Assembly (NCBI RefSeq): GCF_006345805.1
Contig: NC_042997.1
Span: 79,608,001-79,672,000 of the forward strand
DNA length: 64,000 bases
DNA from: Octopus sinensis
Taxonomy: Eukaryota
Direction of reading: 5' to 3'
Notes under the pieces: generated by a model
What the model saw: the letters and a program-made list of their open reading frames with translations, nothing else
Database searches by the model: none
Told to the model about the DNA's origin: nothing
Shown: piece by piece, positions 12,780 to 27,149 of the stretch
Layout: the number at the start of each line of letters is the position of its first letter
Numbering within the stretch: the first letter of the stretch is position 1
Program-made: the position numbers and the translations under genes

Positions 12780-13440
12780 AAATCTGAACTTTAAATATCA
12801 GCACTGCCGTTATGCAGCACGGTTAAATGAATTTTAGAGTGAGTGCTGTACAAGCGTCTCTCCTAAAACATAAGATATCACCAATCAAACTCTCCTGAAA
12901 GTTGTTTGAAAAGTACCGAATGAAAAGTAACCTTGATGAAATCAATCTACCTAAGGTGCTATGTAGCTGGAAGAAATCCGAAATAGTCATTGTTCCTGCG
13001 TTACATCCAAGACATACAGCATTGATGTGAAACTCTTGCAACTGTGATCCAGAAACTCCAGATGGAAAAGCACCTGGAAGAGATTTGATTGTTGGATATT
13101 GGTACAAGAGGCTAACATTCTACTGACCATATCTTATCAATCTGTACCAGCAAGCTTTCGTTGGGAACAGTAGTAATAGATGCTGAACTTTATGTACCAT
13201 GCCAAAGAAAGAAAGAAAACTACAAACACCATGCAAGTTATATATAAACTGTATTCAGATTTTTTTTGCGTTTCTCCAATATTTTATTACGCCTTCACGA
13301 GATTCCATTTGCTACAGACTATGCCATTACAAAACTGCTACGACATGGAGTGTACATCTATCAATAACAATTCAAGCAACTATTCGGGAACAAACTGAAT
13401 TAGATTATAATTATCAACAGGAATATACGTGAGTATTGGC
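12780..13440 (+). mobile_element. Second, older R4/Dong fragment
   Basis: The reverse complement of about 12950-13180 aligns closely with 9500-9730 of the R4 element. A downstream IYKLYS motif follows. Outer limits are approximate. Confidence 0.7.
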
Positions 13441-15625
13441 CTGCGTGTACTGCTGCCCTTTCTGGCAATGAGGCATTTATCAGGAAATTTCATAAAATAT
13501 GTCTTAGGATTTGCAGAGGATGGAAAACCGCGTAATCTCTTTTTGTTGATAACCTGAAGCAGTTAGAGCTACTCACAATAGCCTTATGAAATAAAGGAAA
13601 GAAATTTGATCAGAATAAGTGTTCATATTATTGCTAAATAAAGATTGTTGGCCAGACTAGGAGTATCGCTATCAAAGGCTTGTTCTCCTCTGTCTCCAAT
13701 GACAAATGCGTTGTCGCTTAGAATAACAAAGAATAACGAAGGATTAATTCAGCTGACTTTGAAAGAGATGGAAGTTAGAGATGTTATCATTCAATAAGAC
13801 CACATCTCTTAAACACTTTTGCAATGATAGTACTAACATCTGGCATGCGAGACTGAACATTTGAAAGTCTCAGAAATTTGGGTATCAAAGCAAGGAAGAT
13901 ATCAACCACCATTGGTAAGCCTTCACGTCTACAGTGATATTATGATAAATGGTGGGAGGAAGGTAGGGCCGCGATTTCAATCTAAACTATCTTTGAGTGC
14001 CGTATAGTATCACTCAGATAATACTTACTATGCAGAAAGAGAGAACTGAATGCATCAAATGTATAATCATTTCCTAGAAAATAATATTTGTTCAGGCCCA
14101 ATGCATTCTGGGATGCAATCCATCCCAAGTGAACTTTGCCTTTCATACTTTCAAGGTTGATAAGGAAAACACCTATCTAGAAAGGATGATTAGGGGTTAG
14201 ATTAGACTATTAGTGTATTGGACAACATTCCTTGCGGTGATTTATACCAGCTCTTTACTTTCTGATACTTCCTTCTCTCAGTTTAGTATAACCATCTGGC
14301 CGATGAGTATCTTTATCAGTGTTCACTCTGCTGCAAGCATTTGAGCCAGGTCACCGGTTTGAGGATAACGTCACACTACAACCAATCTCAGAGGCTCTGA
14401 AAAAAATAAAGGTCCACAGGTGCTTCTCGTTCCTTAAAACTAAATGGCAAAAAAATTGTGAGTAAATGAGAGACCCCTGAACATGTAATGAGAGTGCACA
14501 TGTGTTCTGTGTCAGCTAAGGAAAGCTAGACTGACATGCTTATTAACAGATCTGGGGAAGAAACGCCCATAATATTAGCAGGAAGTTATGGACGAGTACA
14601 TATCTCGTAGACTACAAGATACCAACAAGCATCGCCTCTACACGACCTGAGATATATTAGATCGCATCTAGAAGGAAACACAATCCTTGCTATTCAGAAA
14701 TAGCTGATGCTTCTAAACGCTTGATCAATAAAATGGATAACGATGCTACGAAACTTCCATGTTGTTTTAGAAAATGTTCATTGTGTCGTACGAATGTGGA
14801 ATACATGCAGCTGCCAAAAAATGTCTGTAAGATTCTTCTCTCCCTTACATATGAAAGTAAGTAGATATATGACAGTCTGTCTGGAATGTCTTGTTTCGTT
14901 ATTTGTGGCAGAGGAATATATGTTGTGACTATAGGAGCCTTTACTCACATACACAAACACATACAACCATTACATTGTTAGTGACCGGCTTGAATTCTGT
15001 GAAGAAGCTAAATGTCAATGTAAAACATACATATGAATGTAAACAGATGTGTTATCTTTAACTGATGGTGAATAGGAAGTGTTGCATCAAACAGTTCAAC
15101 ATATACAGCTGGAAAGGTAAATAAACAAAATGATTTATGGAATGAGTAAAAAAGAGGAAATGAACGTACAAACTGAAGAAGAAAACTGAAAGTAGGTAAT
15201 AGAAAAACTGACTGCTGAATGTAACAAGAGAATTACAAAATTGGGATGCATGTAGAGTATTACACCAATTTCAGGATTACTCACTACTAATTTTTGCGAG
15301 CTATAATCCGCTAGCTATTTTTACTTAATTTATTTAAAAATTATTTTTAGGATATTTGTAGCTTACCATAAAAAAAGATTAAAGCTAAATTAAGACAGTT
15401 AGGTATGTAGTAATAGCTATTTGTTTGTTATCCCTAGCATATCGAGTGGCTGTATAAGGTTTCCATAATGCAATAAAGTGAATATAGACTTGTCCGCAGC
15501 GACTTACTTAGTCATGTACCGGACGTTGGGTTGATCCTTCAGTACTGGAAACCACTTTCATTTTGACAAGTAAAAGTAACTGCGTATTCTGACGTGGACG
15601 ACACACTTTATGCACAAGGATCGAA

Positions 15626-15840
15626 GTCTTTTCTACTCTAGGAACAAAGCCCGAATTTTTTGGGGAGGAGCCAGTCGATTAGATCAACCCTAGTACGCAA
15701 CTGGTACTTAATTTATCGACCCCGAAAGGATGAAAGGCAAAGTCGTCCTCGGCGGAATTTGGACTCAGAACGTAGCGGCAGACGAAATACCGCTAAGCAT
15801 TTGGCCCTGCGTGCTAACGTTTCTGCCAGCTCACTGTCTT
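15626..15840 (-). mobile_element. tRNA-derived SINE (family B; central gcctttcatcctttcggggtcgataaa resembles Nin/Deu-type cores, from memory)
   Basis: Pol III-like head on the minus strand. A 12-bp TSD, acaaggatcgaa, at 15614-15625 and 15841-15852. Confidence 0.85.
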
Positions 15841-15947
15841 ACAAGGATCGAAAAAGTCTGAACAAGCTAAGGTATTCGTCACTAGATTTCGATTATTTCC
15901 ATTCGTACATTGGCAAGGGGCTCACGACAAACATTTTTTAACTTTAA

Positions 15948-16101
15948 GCTGTATTGTAAGAAGTTTGCTTCCCGACCACACGCTTCCAGGTTCAGTCCCA
16001 CTGTGCGGGCCCAGGGCTGACCAAGCCTTGTAAGTAAATTTGTGAAACAGAAACCGAAAGAAGCCTGTCGTGTGTGTGGTGTGTGTGTGTGTGTGTGTGT
16101 T

Positions 16102-16150
<49 letters not shown>

Positions 16151-16365
16151 GTGTGTTTGCATGTCTTTGTGCTTCTTCCCTACCATCGTGTGACTATTGT
16201 TATCAGTGCGTTTACGTCTCTATAACCTAGCGGTTCGGTAAAAAGAGCCTGATAGAATAAGTACCTGGCTTTAAAATAAATACTGTGTTGTTTGACTAAA
16301 ACCCTTTGAGACAGTGTCCCAGAATGGCTGCAGTCCACTGACTGGAACAAGAGAAGGGTTAAAAA
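15948..16365 (+). mobile_element. SINE family A, decayed, with central (GT)n
   Basis: Matches 52694-53243 (ggttcagtcccactg, gaaagaagcctgtcg, gcggttcgg, gatagaataagtac). Confidence 0.8.
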
Positions 16366-16945
16366 CTAAAATAAAAAAAATTCATATAAATTGTGCCGTG
16401 ACGAAATACGAGCTCTCCAAACCGAATTAACAAAGCTCGCTTCTTCAACTAAACATAAGATATAAGGTTGTAATGAACACACATTCGCAACAAACTATCA
16501 AACTTTCAGGTACAAAATATCAAATAGAACTACATTTTGATGCATTTATAGCTTGTCAGGCAAGTATTCATAGCACCGATCGTTTAGAACTCTTAATAAA
16601 GGAATTCCTTCACCATCAATTGCAGCTGATTGGAAAGCCCATTGAACAAAATGTAGAACACTATTGATGCATCATTACATAAGTAATAATTAGTTTGAAT
16701 GCCAGAAATTGCAGCCAAATATCCGTCACTTCACGCCCAATCGTTTTAATTAATTTCTAACTTTTAATGATTAGACCCCCCTCCCCCAATGTCATTGAAA
16801 AATTTTTTTACATAATATAAAAGGTGAAATAACTGGAGATGCACGAAGCAGCGTTGACCGAAATATATTTAGCGCGTTAGTTCATACACACAAACGTACT
16901 CCTTTCAATAAGTAGTCACGTTACCATTGCACACACACACACACA

Positions 16946-16983
<38 letters not shown>

Positions 16984-17434
16984 ACACACACACACACACA
17001 GTATGCATACGCATATACATATATATTTCATAAACATATATGCATGCATACATATATATATAATACACACATATAGACGTTCATTCATATGTATATACAT
17101 GGGTATATATAGTGTGTTTACGTTTAGAACAGAATTGAAGAAGCATAAAAAATATGTCAATGAGTTTATATTAACGATGTACCAGAAAGTGAATTAAATT
17201 GTAAATAATAGCTTTCAATACGTTAAGTAGAGAAAACCTTGGATAGTAAAATGGGGGTAAAAAAAAACTATAGGGGAGATTCAAACCAGGCATCTTTTGT
17301 AACACTAATAGTCAGGATACCAATTATACTAAAGTAACCTTCAACTTGCCATCACCCAAATAATTGATTTTTCTACAGTTACATTTTAAATGTCAATCAA
17401 CTCTTTCACGCATTAGAGATTAAAGAAAATTTGA

Positions 17435-17479
<45 letters not shown>

Positions 17480-17822
17480 CATAGTTAAAACCTTGTGCAT
17501 TCACGGACATAGGAAGACTATTCACTGCAAAAATAATCCCAGGAGAAAATCTCTGCATAGATATGCGTGAAAACACATCATTGGGCTATGAATGGCATTG
17601 TCGAATCGCAGGATGCATGTGTTTCTGAGTTGTTATACTCCATCAATTGCTATTACGGAATCAATCTTTTACAGTGTCGCAAAAACGGCCGGTCGTATAT
17701 ATAAAAATAGCAAATAGTACAATTTGAACAGACAACAGGGTAACCCCGTCAATAGGAGAGGTTGGGAAGGCGAAAGGGGAGAGTAAAGTGTAGTGTCGGA
17801 AAGAAACAGGGGACGCTTAGCT

Positions 17823-18209
17823 AAGAGAAGTGAAGAAAAGTTAGTAATGGTACAAGTTAAGGCGCCTGTGAACGTGATAGGAGGAATGAAGGGAGGAATG
17901 ACAGGAAGAATGAAAAGGTAGAAGAAAGTGACAATTGAGGAATTAGTAATTAGCAATGGAGAAACGAAAAGCTAAAAATGAAAAATGAAAAGAAAAAAAC
18001 TTGAAAAATGAAATGATGAAGAGCTAAGCCAGTGTGAAAGATAACATGAGCTGTGAGGAGACCCTTGGAAATCGTTTAAAATTCCATAAAGTTTTTCAGA
18101 AATTTTAAACGTTCAAAAGTTTTAAAAGTTTCTCAAAAAAATTTTTTTTTTAAACTTCCCCCAAAATTCTCTCTGGGACAATACGGAATTGTCAATGTCT
18201 GACGGTTTT

Positions 18210-18210
<1 letters not shown>
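17823..18210. repeat. Unclassified repeat X abutting (GATA)n; inverted copy at 26607-26999
   Basis: 5 mismatches in about 158 bp of the best-aligned block. The mirror ORFs 17669-17956(-) and 26866-27141(+) both begin MLITNSSIVTFF. Confidence 0.85.
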
Positions 18211-18278
<68 letters not shown>

Positions 18279-19212
18279 GGGACCTACTGGTAGCGTGTGA
18301 TCTGTGTATAACATGTTGCTAGGTCTTGGGTTAAGTATAACTTAACATATGTGAGCGCTTTCGGATCTATAATCCATCTTCAGACGTTCAATGATGGTTA
18401 TTGCTGGCATTGGTTAAAGATTCCTGAGGCAGCAGATGAACTTCCAGCCGTCAAGTTTGTTCCAGCGGTTGAAGCTGGGCGTCCTCTCTCTGATGAAATG
18501 GGCTTCTTTTATTCGGAGATTGACTGTGTCTATTCCTCTTGCCAGTATACGGATAGAGAAATCTCCATCTCAGTGCTAGTGATGCTGGAATACGGCGATG
18601 GGTGTTGTGGCTTTGTGGATGTTTTGCTTTGATGGACACTGGTTCAGACAACATGTGTTCTGTGTATTGTTATTATGGGAGAGGTAGCGTCTGAGGGTGT
18701 GGCCTCGCCTCGTGATTCTGGTCGGGAGCCAGACCTTTTGACGTTGTTCCTTAACTGGTTCTCTACTTGTTCTCCATAGTATGGAAGGTTGACATATATC
18801 CATGTTTTATCACTCCGTTCCTCTCTTTCTCTTTGTCTACTTTCCTCTTTCCTTCCATCGTTGTTGAGGTTGAAGTTATATCTGTTATTGTTATTGTGGT
18901 CACTGTAGTTGTTGCTGTGACTGCCGCTGTTGTTGTTCTTTTTCCTCTTTTTCCTCTTCCTGTTCTCACTGCTGCTCTTATTACTATTTGCGTAATCACC
19001 CCTGTCGTCGTTGTTGTTGCTGTGGTCGCTGATGCTGTCTTCTTCTCCTTCTTCTTGCAGTGAAAGAGTACAGCGGGGTTCACCCCCCCACCTCTGGAAC
19101 CTCATTGATCGTCCAAAGAAGGATTATAGATCCGAAGGCACTCACATAAGTTATACTCAGCCCAAGACCTAGCAACATGCTATACACAGACCACACGCAA
19201 CCAGTAAGTCCC
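18279..19212 (-). mobile_element. 5'-truncated PLE with GIY-YIG C-terminal remnant and inverted pLTRs
   Basis: Inverted repeats at 18279-18394 and 19102-19212 (about 12 substitutions and one 5-nt indel). Minus-strand remnants WIYVNLPYYG and IAVFQH...FSIRILAR...LRIKEAHFIR...PSFN. Confidence 0.82.
18349..18387 (-). ncRNA. Minimal type I hammerhead ribozyme
   Basis: ACGU-CUGAAGA-U-GGAU(UAUAG)AUCC-GAAA-GCG-CUC|ACAU. Palindromic AGCGCU stem III. The inverted copy near 19109-19147 has a mutated core (CCAAAGA, GAAG). Confidence 0.65.
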
Positions 19213-19294
19213 ATCTATGTATCTATCTGTCTATTTACCCATCTGCTGTCTTTCTATTTATCTGTCTTCTCTCTGCCTGTTTATCTCTCCATCC

Positions 19295-19381
<87 letters not shown>

Positions 19382-19405
19382 CGTCCGTCTATATGTCTAT
19401 CCATC

Positions 19406-20447
19406 CTCTCGGGGCGAACCTGGACGTCGACGAGGAGTACCTGACCCGCCTATTCCAGACGACTTTCGGGCCAGGGCCCATGGACAACTTCCAGAGATCC
19501 CTGGCCTGGCAGTGCTACCGAGAAGCGCTACCCGTTCGGGATAAGCTCTACAGACACGGCTCGAGAAACACGGGGCCGACCTGCCCGAGATGCGGTCAGA
19601 GCGACGAAACCGTTCTGCACGCACTCGTGCAGTGTCCAACAATTTCCGACCTGTGGGCTTATGTCGAACAACTGCTGTCACGTGTGGGACGAGTCGGTTT
19701 ATCAGCTGAGTCTATCGTCAATATTGTCGCGCCTCCTTCCTTCAAACGGGAAGGAAGAGCTATTTTCATCATTCTTGTGGATATGGCGAAAGAATGTATC
19801 TGGTGGACGCGTCTGAAAGGATTGGAGACAAACACTTTCCTCTCTGGTCAATCTCTCATCAACTTCTTCAAGTACCACTTGAAAAGGAAAGTGAGAGTAG
19901 AGAGGCAAGTTTTGTCTAGCGAATGTTTTAAAAAAAGATGGGTGAATGTAGCAAGGATGGAACGTATGAATGACGAAGCCACCTTGAGCATAATCCTATG
20001 AACCCAGAAATTGAAAACAGAGGTTTACCCACTTGCAAACAAATGTGGTAACATATAACAATATTGACCAAGGTTACCGTGGTCTTTTTCGTAGGCTTTT
20101 CTTCCCACGGATAAACCTTACTTGCTTTCCCCTTTACACCATATATCATAACACTGTGATACACGATCCCTATTGATCGTTTTTTTTCCTCTTCCCCTTT
20201 TTTCCCCTTTTTTCTTCTTTTTTCATTTCTCTTTTCTTTTGTTCCTTTTCCTTTTCTTTTTTTCTTTTTTCTTTTTTTTTTTTTTTTTGTTCTTTTCTTC
20301 CCTTTTACGATCCCTCTTGATCGAAAACCTACGCCACCCCTTTTTTTTGTTTCTTTTGTTTTTTGTTTTTTTCATCCTCCAAAAGAAAAGCTTTACCTTG
20401 TAACTTGTCCCATCTGTGTGCAGCCCTGTGTGGCCAATAAAGAAACT
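19406..20447 (+). mobile_element. 5'-truncated Tx1/L1-clade LINE with 32-bp TSD in (TATC)n
   Basis: ORF2 C-terminus with CPRCGQSDETVLHALVQCP, homologous to about 25611-26491. T-rich 3' UTR ending in AATAAAGAAAC. TSD tatctatccgtccgtctatatgtctatccatc at 19374-19405 and 20448-20479. Confidence 0.92.
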
Positions 20448-20479
20448 TATCTATCCGTCCGTCTATATGTCTATCCATC

Positions 20480-20510
<31 letters not shown>

Positions 20511-20524
20511 CGTCCGTCTATATG

Positions 20525-20619
<95 letters not shown>

Positions 20620-20951
20620 GTTTATTGACGGACGTGATGTCAGTTCAGCTCCGAAGGTAATCGTTTATTTTGACTATTTATAGGCCAATTTTTGTGTACA
20701 TTTTTGCAAATAAGGTGTGTAAGGCAACCAACTTTCGTTTGAGTGCTTTTCCAAGGGAGGAATTCGCCCCTACGGGCAGTTGCAACCCCATTTCATTTCT
20801 GTAATTTTCTTCTCGACATTAGAAAATGTCTAGAAATTTTATTGTAGAACGCTGGTCGCGTTCTTTTATGGAACAACATTTTCCTAGTCTGGAAATGATA
20901 GAGAAAAAAAAGAACGTACGCACGGAAAGTGCAAATATAAATATCGGTAAA

Positions 20952-22706
20952 ATGAACGCTGCAACCACGTGCGATAACAGCCCTGTCACCACCGCTACCA
21001 CCACCACTAACAACAGCAACCACGAGACTACTACTGCTACCACCACCACCTCCACCACCACTACCACGACCAACATAAATGATAAAAATAAAACTCGCAC
21101 GAAAACTATTGACAAAAACAACAGCAACAACAAGAACAACAATAAAAATGAACTATCTAATAGTGAAGATGTTAATACAAAAAATCAACAACAGTAAATT
21201 TCGCGGACACTCTTCGCCAGAAGAATGAAATAGTAACATTCACAAATGAAGAGCTCATAGAAACAAGAGCTCTCTTTACAACCCGTGGACAAGATTTAGT
21301 GCTGCATACACCTTAACACATAAAGCAAGAAATAGAAAATAAGACAATTGTATATAAAATTATTAGAAAAAACAAAAAACTAAATGAACAGATTACAAAA
21401 ACTGATGTGGAAAAATGTTTAAAAAACATAATGAAAGAAAAAGAGTATATAAACTGGGGTTCCCAGTTTAACACAGTAGTGGTCCGCTTCCCTAACCAGG
21501 AAGTGGCAAAAGCTCACTCTACTGAGTCTCTGGGAAATGATGAAATCATCATGGTCCCATACTACAAAAACCAGAGTGAGTCGAATCACAATTAAAAATG
21601 TACCTCCTGAGCTTCCTAACAAATGGATAACAGGGGCAATCTGTTACCATTTAAAAAATATTAATATTTTGGAGACCGCCGTGTACCCTGGCGACATTTG
21701 GGGTGGGAAGACAATAGTGGTGACCATCCAGATTGAGGGGGCCTCTATCGAGAGCCTACCGGATAAGATCCACTTGGAGAATGGGCAATGCCTATATGTT
21801 GTGGCAGAAGGCAAAAAGCCTAGATGCTACAAATGTGGCAGCCCCGAACATTTGATTGCCAAGTGCGATCTGGTACAGAAAAAACAAGAAAGAACAAATC
21901 AGAAAACAAATAAAATCCCTTTGTTGCCAACACCAACACCAACACCAACACACTCAATTATGGAACAATGCCAAGAAAAACAACAAACCAGCAAACAAAC
22001 CCCAACATCACCAAGAAAAGAAACAGTACCAACACAATCACCGTTGACATCACAACCAATTAAACATGTTGAATCAACAAAAAATAGACCCACACCCACA
22101 CCCAGGACAACAATTAAAAAGACAGAAAACACTGACGAGAAGACAAATGCTACCCCTAACACCACAACAACACAAACATCGCACAAAACATCAACAATTT
22201 ATACAAGCATACATAGTAATGCAAATGTTTTGCCTCTACCCCATACTGATACGTCGGACGACGAAAGTTCGACGGAATGGCAAATAGCCACAGGGGGTAA
22301 AAGAAAAAGATCCAAAAAATCCACCAAACAAGGAAGTAAAGCAGGGAGATATCTAACTTAGGACAACATCCCCCTAGACAATCAAAAAAGTAATGAACCC
22401 GTAAAACCACACACACAACTAACTGCAATAGACACAGACAATAAAGAATTAATGGACTACATCAAATCTAACATGGTCATCTGTGAAGATAACTTTAAGA
22501 CAAACAATCATCCGCACACCACACCACCGAAACACATCAGAATTTTACATATAACACAAGCACAACACCACATACTGAAAACAATATTTCCGAATGCAGT
22601 AGGCGGGTATCAACGATACCTGTCGAAAAAACTATACAAACACCTCATCAAAAACAATACAAAAGAAGAAGAAGAAAAAAATGAAACTTTTAAAATGCGT
22701 AAGTGA
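20952..22706 (+). pseudogene. Tx1 ORF1 (Gag-like, CCHC zinc knuckle), disrupted
   Basis: SRITIKNVPPEL region, VAEGKKPRCYKCGSPEHLIAKC knuckle, T/P-rich linker and a KRKRSKK basic patch, split over several frames. Confidence 0.8.
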
Positions 22707-22763
22707 CCTCACTTCTTGTCTCTTGTCTCTTCTAATATAGTGTGTAAAACACAATTTTCGTAA

Positions 22764-25700
22764 ATGTCAAGTATGCTTAAATTAGGTTGTGTGAATGCGT
22801 GTGGCTTGGCGTCGGCTTGGAAGCAAGGTTACCTTCTAAACGACATCAAGTCACTGGACGTGGATATAGTAGCTATCAGTGAAACCAGACTCAGTAAGCC
22901 GTGGGCCCTCGAGTCCATGTTTGGCAATCAATTTGACATTTATTTTTCTCCCTGTCTGCCGAACATGGGTGGTGGAGGTACTGCGGTGCTTTTTCGAAAG
23001 AGTCTAAAGGTAAAAGTAAGAGCAATATTCCTAGACCCGGAGGGTAGGCTGGTTGTCTTGGACGTGGATGGCAGAAATGGATGTGCATTCCGTCTGATGG
23101 CAGTTTATGCACCGTCCTTAACGGGTCGGGCGGATTTCTTCAGACGTCTAGAGGTTTTCCTGGGTACGTCTAGACCTTTACTGTTAGTAAGGGATTGGAA
23201 CACTACCTTGGACACGCATCTAGATTATGTGGGAAGGGATAGGAATAGAAGGGCGTGTAAGAGCCTCAAAGACCTGCTCAGACGTTTCCATTTGTCTGAC
23301 AAGTTCCGACTCGACCATCCGAACGTGCCAACGTGGACTTGGACAAACCGCGTCGGATCGTCGAGATCTTATCTAGATAGAATTCTATGCAGGACAGCGG
23401 ATAGGGATAGTGTAGGATGTCCACAACTTAAAATAGTCAGCTACACAGATCACAAATTTGTTACGTGTACGCTCGACCTAGATAAAACACATAGGCAGGG
23501 TCCCGGTTACTGGAAACTGAACACGTCGCTGTTAGCGCGACAAGTTTACAGGAACCGGATTAGCGAGTTAATTAAGAGGGCGCTGACGGGAGCCGTCGTT
23601 AACAACCGCTGGTGGTACGCTCTGAAAATGGCAATAAAATCGGAATCAATTAGGTTTAGCAAGGAATTAGCGATAGAACGAAATAGAGTAGAGGGAGACT
23701 TAGTTAAGAAACTAGAAGAGGCACTTACCACTGGCAGCGCAACCAACGTGCTGGCTGCGAGGATGGCCCTCAACCAACACCTCAACGCCAAGCACGAAGG
23801 TTGCGTCGTCAGAGCTAAAATGCGTGCCTTAAGGAACGAAGGGATTGAAGCTGCGCGAGAGGCCCGGGTAGTGGAGGCGCAGCGTGGCAACAGAGCCACC
23901 ATTCGGTCTCTAATAGATCAACAGGGATGCAGTTTACTCGAACCCGAAAGGATGTGTGAGGCCTTTCAACAGCACTTTTCTCGACTGTTTGGTGCGAGTG
24001 GTGGGTCGGAACGCGGGATGGATTTCAGTGCCTACCTGACCGACCTGCCGCGACTCTCGGCAAGAGAAGCGGAGTGTTGTGAAAGTCCCATCACAGCCGA
24101 TGATGTGTGGGATGCGATGGCGGGCTGCGCGAGGGATAAGTCGCCTGGATTGGATGGTTTACCCTACGAGCTGTATTGTCGAATGCCAGACTTGTTTGGC
24201 GACCTATTGGCATCAGTCTACTGCAACTGGCAACAAAACGGGAGAATCCCCGGTTTCGTGAGCCGAGGTGCAGTGACGTTGCTGAAGAAAGACCCAAACA
24301 AGGGGAATTTTATAGATAATTTCAGGCCCATCACTCTGCTCAACGCAGATTTGAAAATTTTGGCCAAAGTAATAGCCGAGAGGTTGGCGCTTGTCATTGG
24401 TAAACTGGTCGACAGGGCGCAAACATGCGCCGTGCCGGCAGAACCAGACATGACAACCTCCATCTGATGCGCTACATTGTGGACAGGGTAGTTAAGGATC
24501 CTGGCATGGGTGGGGCGCTGATAAATTTGGATCAGTCTAAAGCCTTCGATAGGGTCGACCATCGGTACTTGGCGGCCGTCCTCAGGGCGGCTGGCTTCGG
24601 TCCCGTCTTCCGCGTTGGATCGCTGCCTTATATAGCGGCATCCGATCGGTGATTCGGGTGAACGGTCACCTGTCGAAACCGTTTGACATCACGCGTTCGG
24701 TCCGTCAGGGGTGTCCCCTGTCGGCGCTTCTGTATGTATTGACTCTCGAGCCGCTACTGCGGAAGCTGGCGACACTGAGGGGCATCCCACGGGAACTGGG
24801 TTGCGGGACGAGCGTGTCGGCATATGTGGACGATGTCACCGTCATAGTGTCGAGCGACAAACACATCAAGATGATAGGCGAGACACTAAGAAAATATGAA
24901 ACGGTGACAGGAGCAAAGATTAACCCGGAAAAGTCAGTGGGTTTGCTACTCGGCACCTGGAGAAGCAAGCCCATGCCGTCCGACTGCGGCTCAGTAGTGG
25001 GACGCTGGACGGACGGACGGTTAAATTGCTCGGGGTCTGGTTCAGTCCGAACCTCCAAATGGATAAGAACTGGGACGAGATCACGAGTAGAGTGGTCGCT
25101 CTCAGCCAAACATGGGCCGAGAGAAAGCTGTCTCTAAAAGGCCGGGCGGAGGTGGCGAACGCGTACATCGCATCCGTCATCGATTACCGCCTGACCGTCG
25201 TACCTTGTCCCGACGCCACCATCACCAAACTGGAACGCATACTCTTCCTCTTCCTGTGGAAGGGTGGCGTTCCGATGGTGAGGAAGTCCATTTGCTGTCA
25301 ACATCCGTTGAATGGAGGACTGGGCATGCCGTGGTTGATGATGCGCAGGCATGCGCTGAGACTGCGACATCTCTGGAAATTCATCGACGACGGTGAACAG
25401 GTGTGGGCGCCGTTTGTGAGGCGCGACTTCCCGCAGCTCGTCTCACTGACCGAACTGCAAACGTGGATCAAAAAGAGACCGAAACTGGGCGATTGGCACC
25501 GAGAGTGTCGCCAAGCTCTACAGCAGCTCTGCCGACCGGGGTCAAACTTGTGCAACTTACAAACGACTAAAGCGTTCTATAGAGGACTAGTGGAGAGGAG
25601 GTCCGACGACACACTCGGGGCGTCGACGAGGAATTCCTAACCCGCCTGTTCAGGACGACGTTCGGGCCGGGGCCTATGGATAACTTCCAGAAATCCCTGG

Positions 25701-26200
25701 CTTGGCAGTGCTATCGAGACGCACTACCTGTTCGAGAGAAGAGCTACAGACACGGTTCGAAAACCATCACCGGACCGACCTGCCCGAGATGCGGTCAGAG
25801 CGACGAAACCGTTCTGCACGCACTCGTGCAGTGTCCAGATATTTCAGAGCTGTGGTCCTTCGTCGAACAGCTGTTGTCACGTGTAGGTCAGGCTCGCCTA
25901 TCGGCCGAGTCTATCGTGAATATTGTTCCACCACCTTCCTTTAAACGGGAAGGGAAAACCGTTTTCGTTACGCTGATGGCTATGGCGAAAGAATGTGTGT
26001 GGTGGACGCGTTTGAAAGGACTGCAAACAAACACCTTCTTCTCTGGTCAGTCTCTCGTCAACTTTTTCAAGTACCACTTGAAAAGGAGGATGAGAATAGA
26101 GAGGAAGGCTTTGTCGAACGAATGTTTTAATAAAAAGTGGGTAAAAGTGGCAAAAATGGTCAGTATGAAAGACGACACTATTTCAAGCATAAATCTGTAA
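22764..26200 (+). pseudogene. Tx1 ORF2 (APE endonuclease + RT + C-terminal zinc finger), disrupted
   Basis: EN: GCVNACGL, ISETR, VYAP, YLDRI, TDH. RT: SPGLDGLPYE, FRPITLLNADLKILAK, DQSKAFDRVDH, VRQGCPLS, AYVDD. Frameshifts near 24440, 24650, 25030 and 25620; the last is a deletion relative to the 19406 copy. Confidence 0.92.
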
Positions 26201-26491
26201 CCAAAAGAGACAACGAGAAGTAAGGCGACTTACTCATGTGTTCTTTTTCGAATTGTCTGAGGTGACCTTGGTCTTTTTTGTAGGTTTTTCTTTCCAAGGC
26301 TACACCTAAACTGTGAACCTTATATATATATATATATTGCTTTTTTATACACCACACAACCCACAGATTCCTATTGATCAAATGTTTTTTTTTTTTGTGC
26401 CCCACCCATCCCACCTCGAAAAGAAAAAATTCTACATTGTATTTCGTCCATTTTTATTCTGTGTTTAGCCCTGTGTGGCTACAATAAAAAG

Positions 26492-26606
<115 letters not shown>

Positions 26607-26999
26607 AAAACCGTCAGACATTGGCAATTCCGTGTTGTCCCAGAGAAGTTTGAATAATAAAATTTTGTTAAGAAACTTTTAAAACTTTTGAATGTTTAAA
26701 ATTTCTGAAAAACTTTATGGAACTTTAAACGAAGATTTCCACAGTTCATGCAATCTATTAAAACCTCGCCCTATCACGTTGTCTTAACTCCTCATAATTT
26801 TTTCATTTTTTCATTTTTCAATTTTCTTTCTTTTCATTTTTCATTTTTAGCTTTTCGTTTCTCCATTGCTAATTACTAATTCCTCAATTGTCACTTTCTT
26901 CTACCTGTTCATTCTTCCTGTCATTCCTCCCTTCATTCCACCTATCACGTTCACAGGCGTCTTAACTCGTACCAATACTAACTTTTCTTCACTTCTCTT
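26607..26999. repeat. Unclassified repeat X', inverted relative to 17823-18210
   Basis: Begins (TATC)n-aaaaaccgtcagacattggcaattccg, mirroring 18170-18278. Confidence 0.85.
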
Positions 27000-27149
27000 G
27001 TTGTCTGTTTGTACGTTACCATGTATCCTGTCACCAAAATGTCGTTCTAACTGCTGGAACCTCAAAGTTGTTCACAGTTATTTCATTCATCACCTTGAGT
27101 TTCATTCACTCCTCAGTTATCCACAAGTAAGACGGCCTTAGAGCATCCA

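Larger units (their letters stand above)
20620..26491 (+). mobile_element. Near-full-length Tx1/L1-clade LINE (ORF1 + ORF2), frameshifted
   Basis: ORF1 pieces, a short spacer, ORF2 pieces, and a 3' UTR ending in AATAAAAAG followed by (TATC)n at 26493-26605. The 5' boundary is approximate. Confidence 0.9.

Noticed and set aside
13440-15500. Apparently unique sequence that might hold host exons
   Set aside because: Only short ORFs without motifs; nothing supportable.
19177-19405. N-terminal extension of the 274-aa ORF into a novel fusion gene
   Set aside because: The extension is (TATC)n read-through upstream of a truncated Tx1 ORF2.
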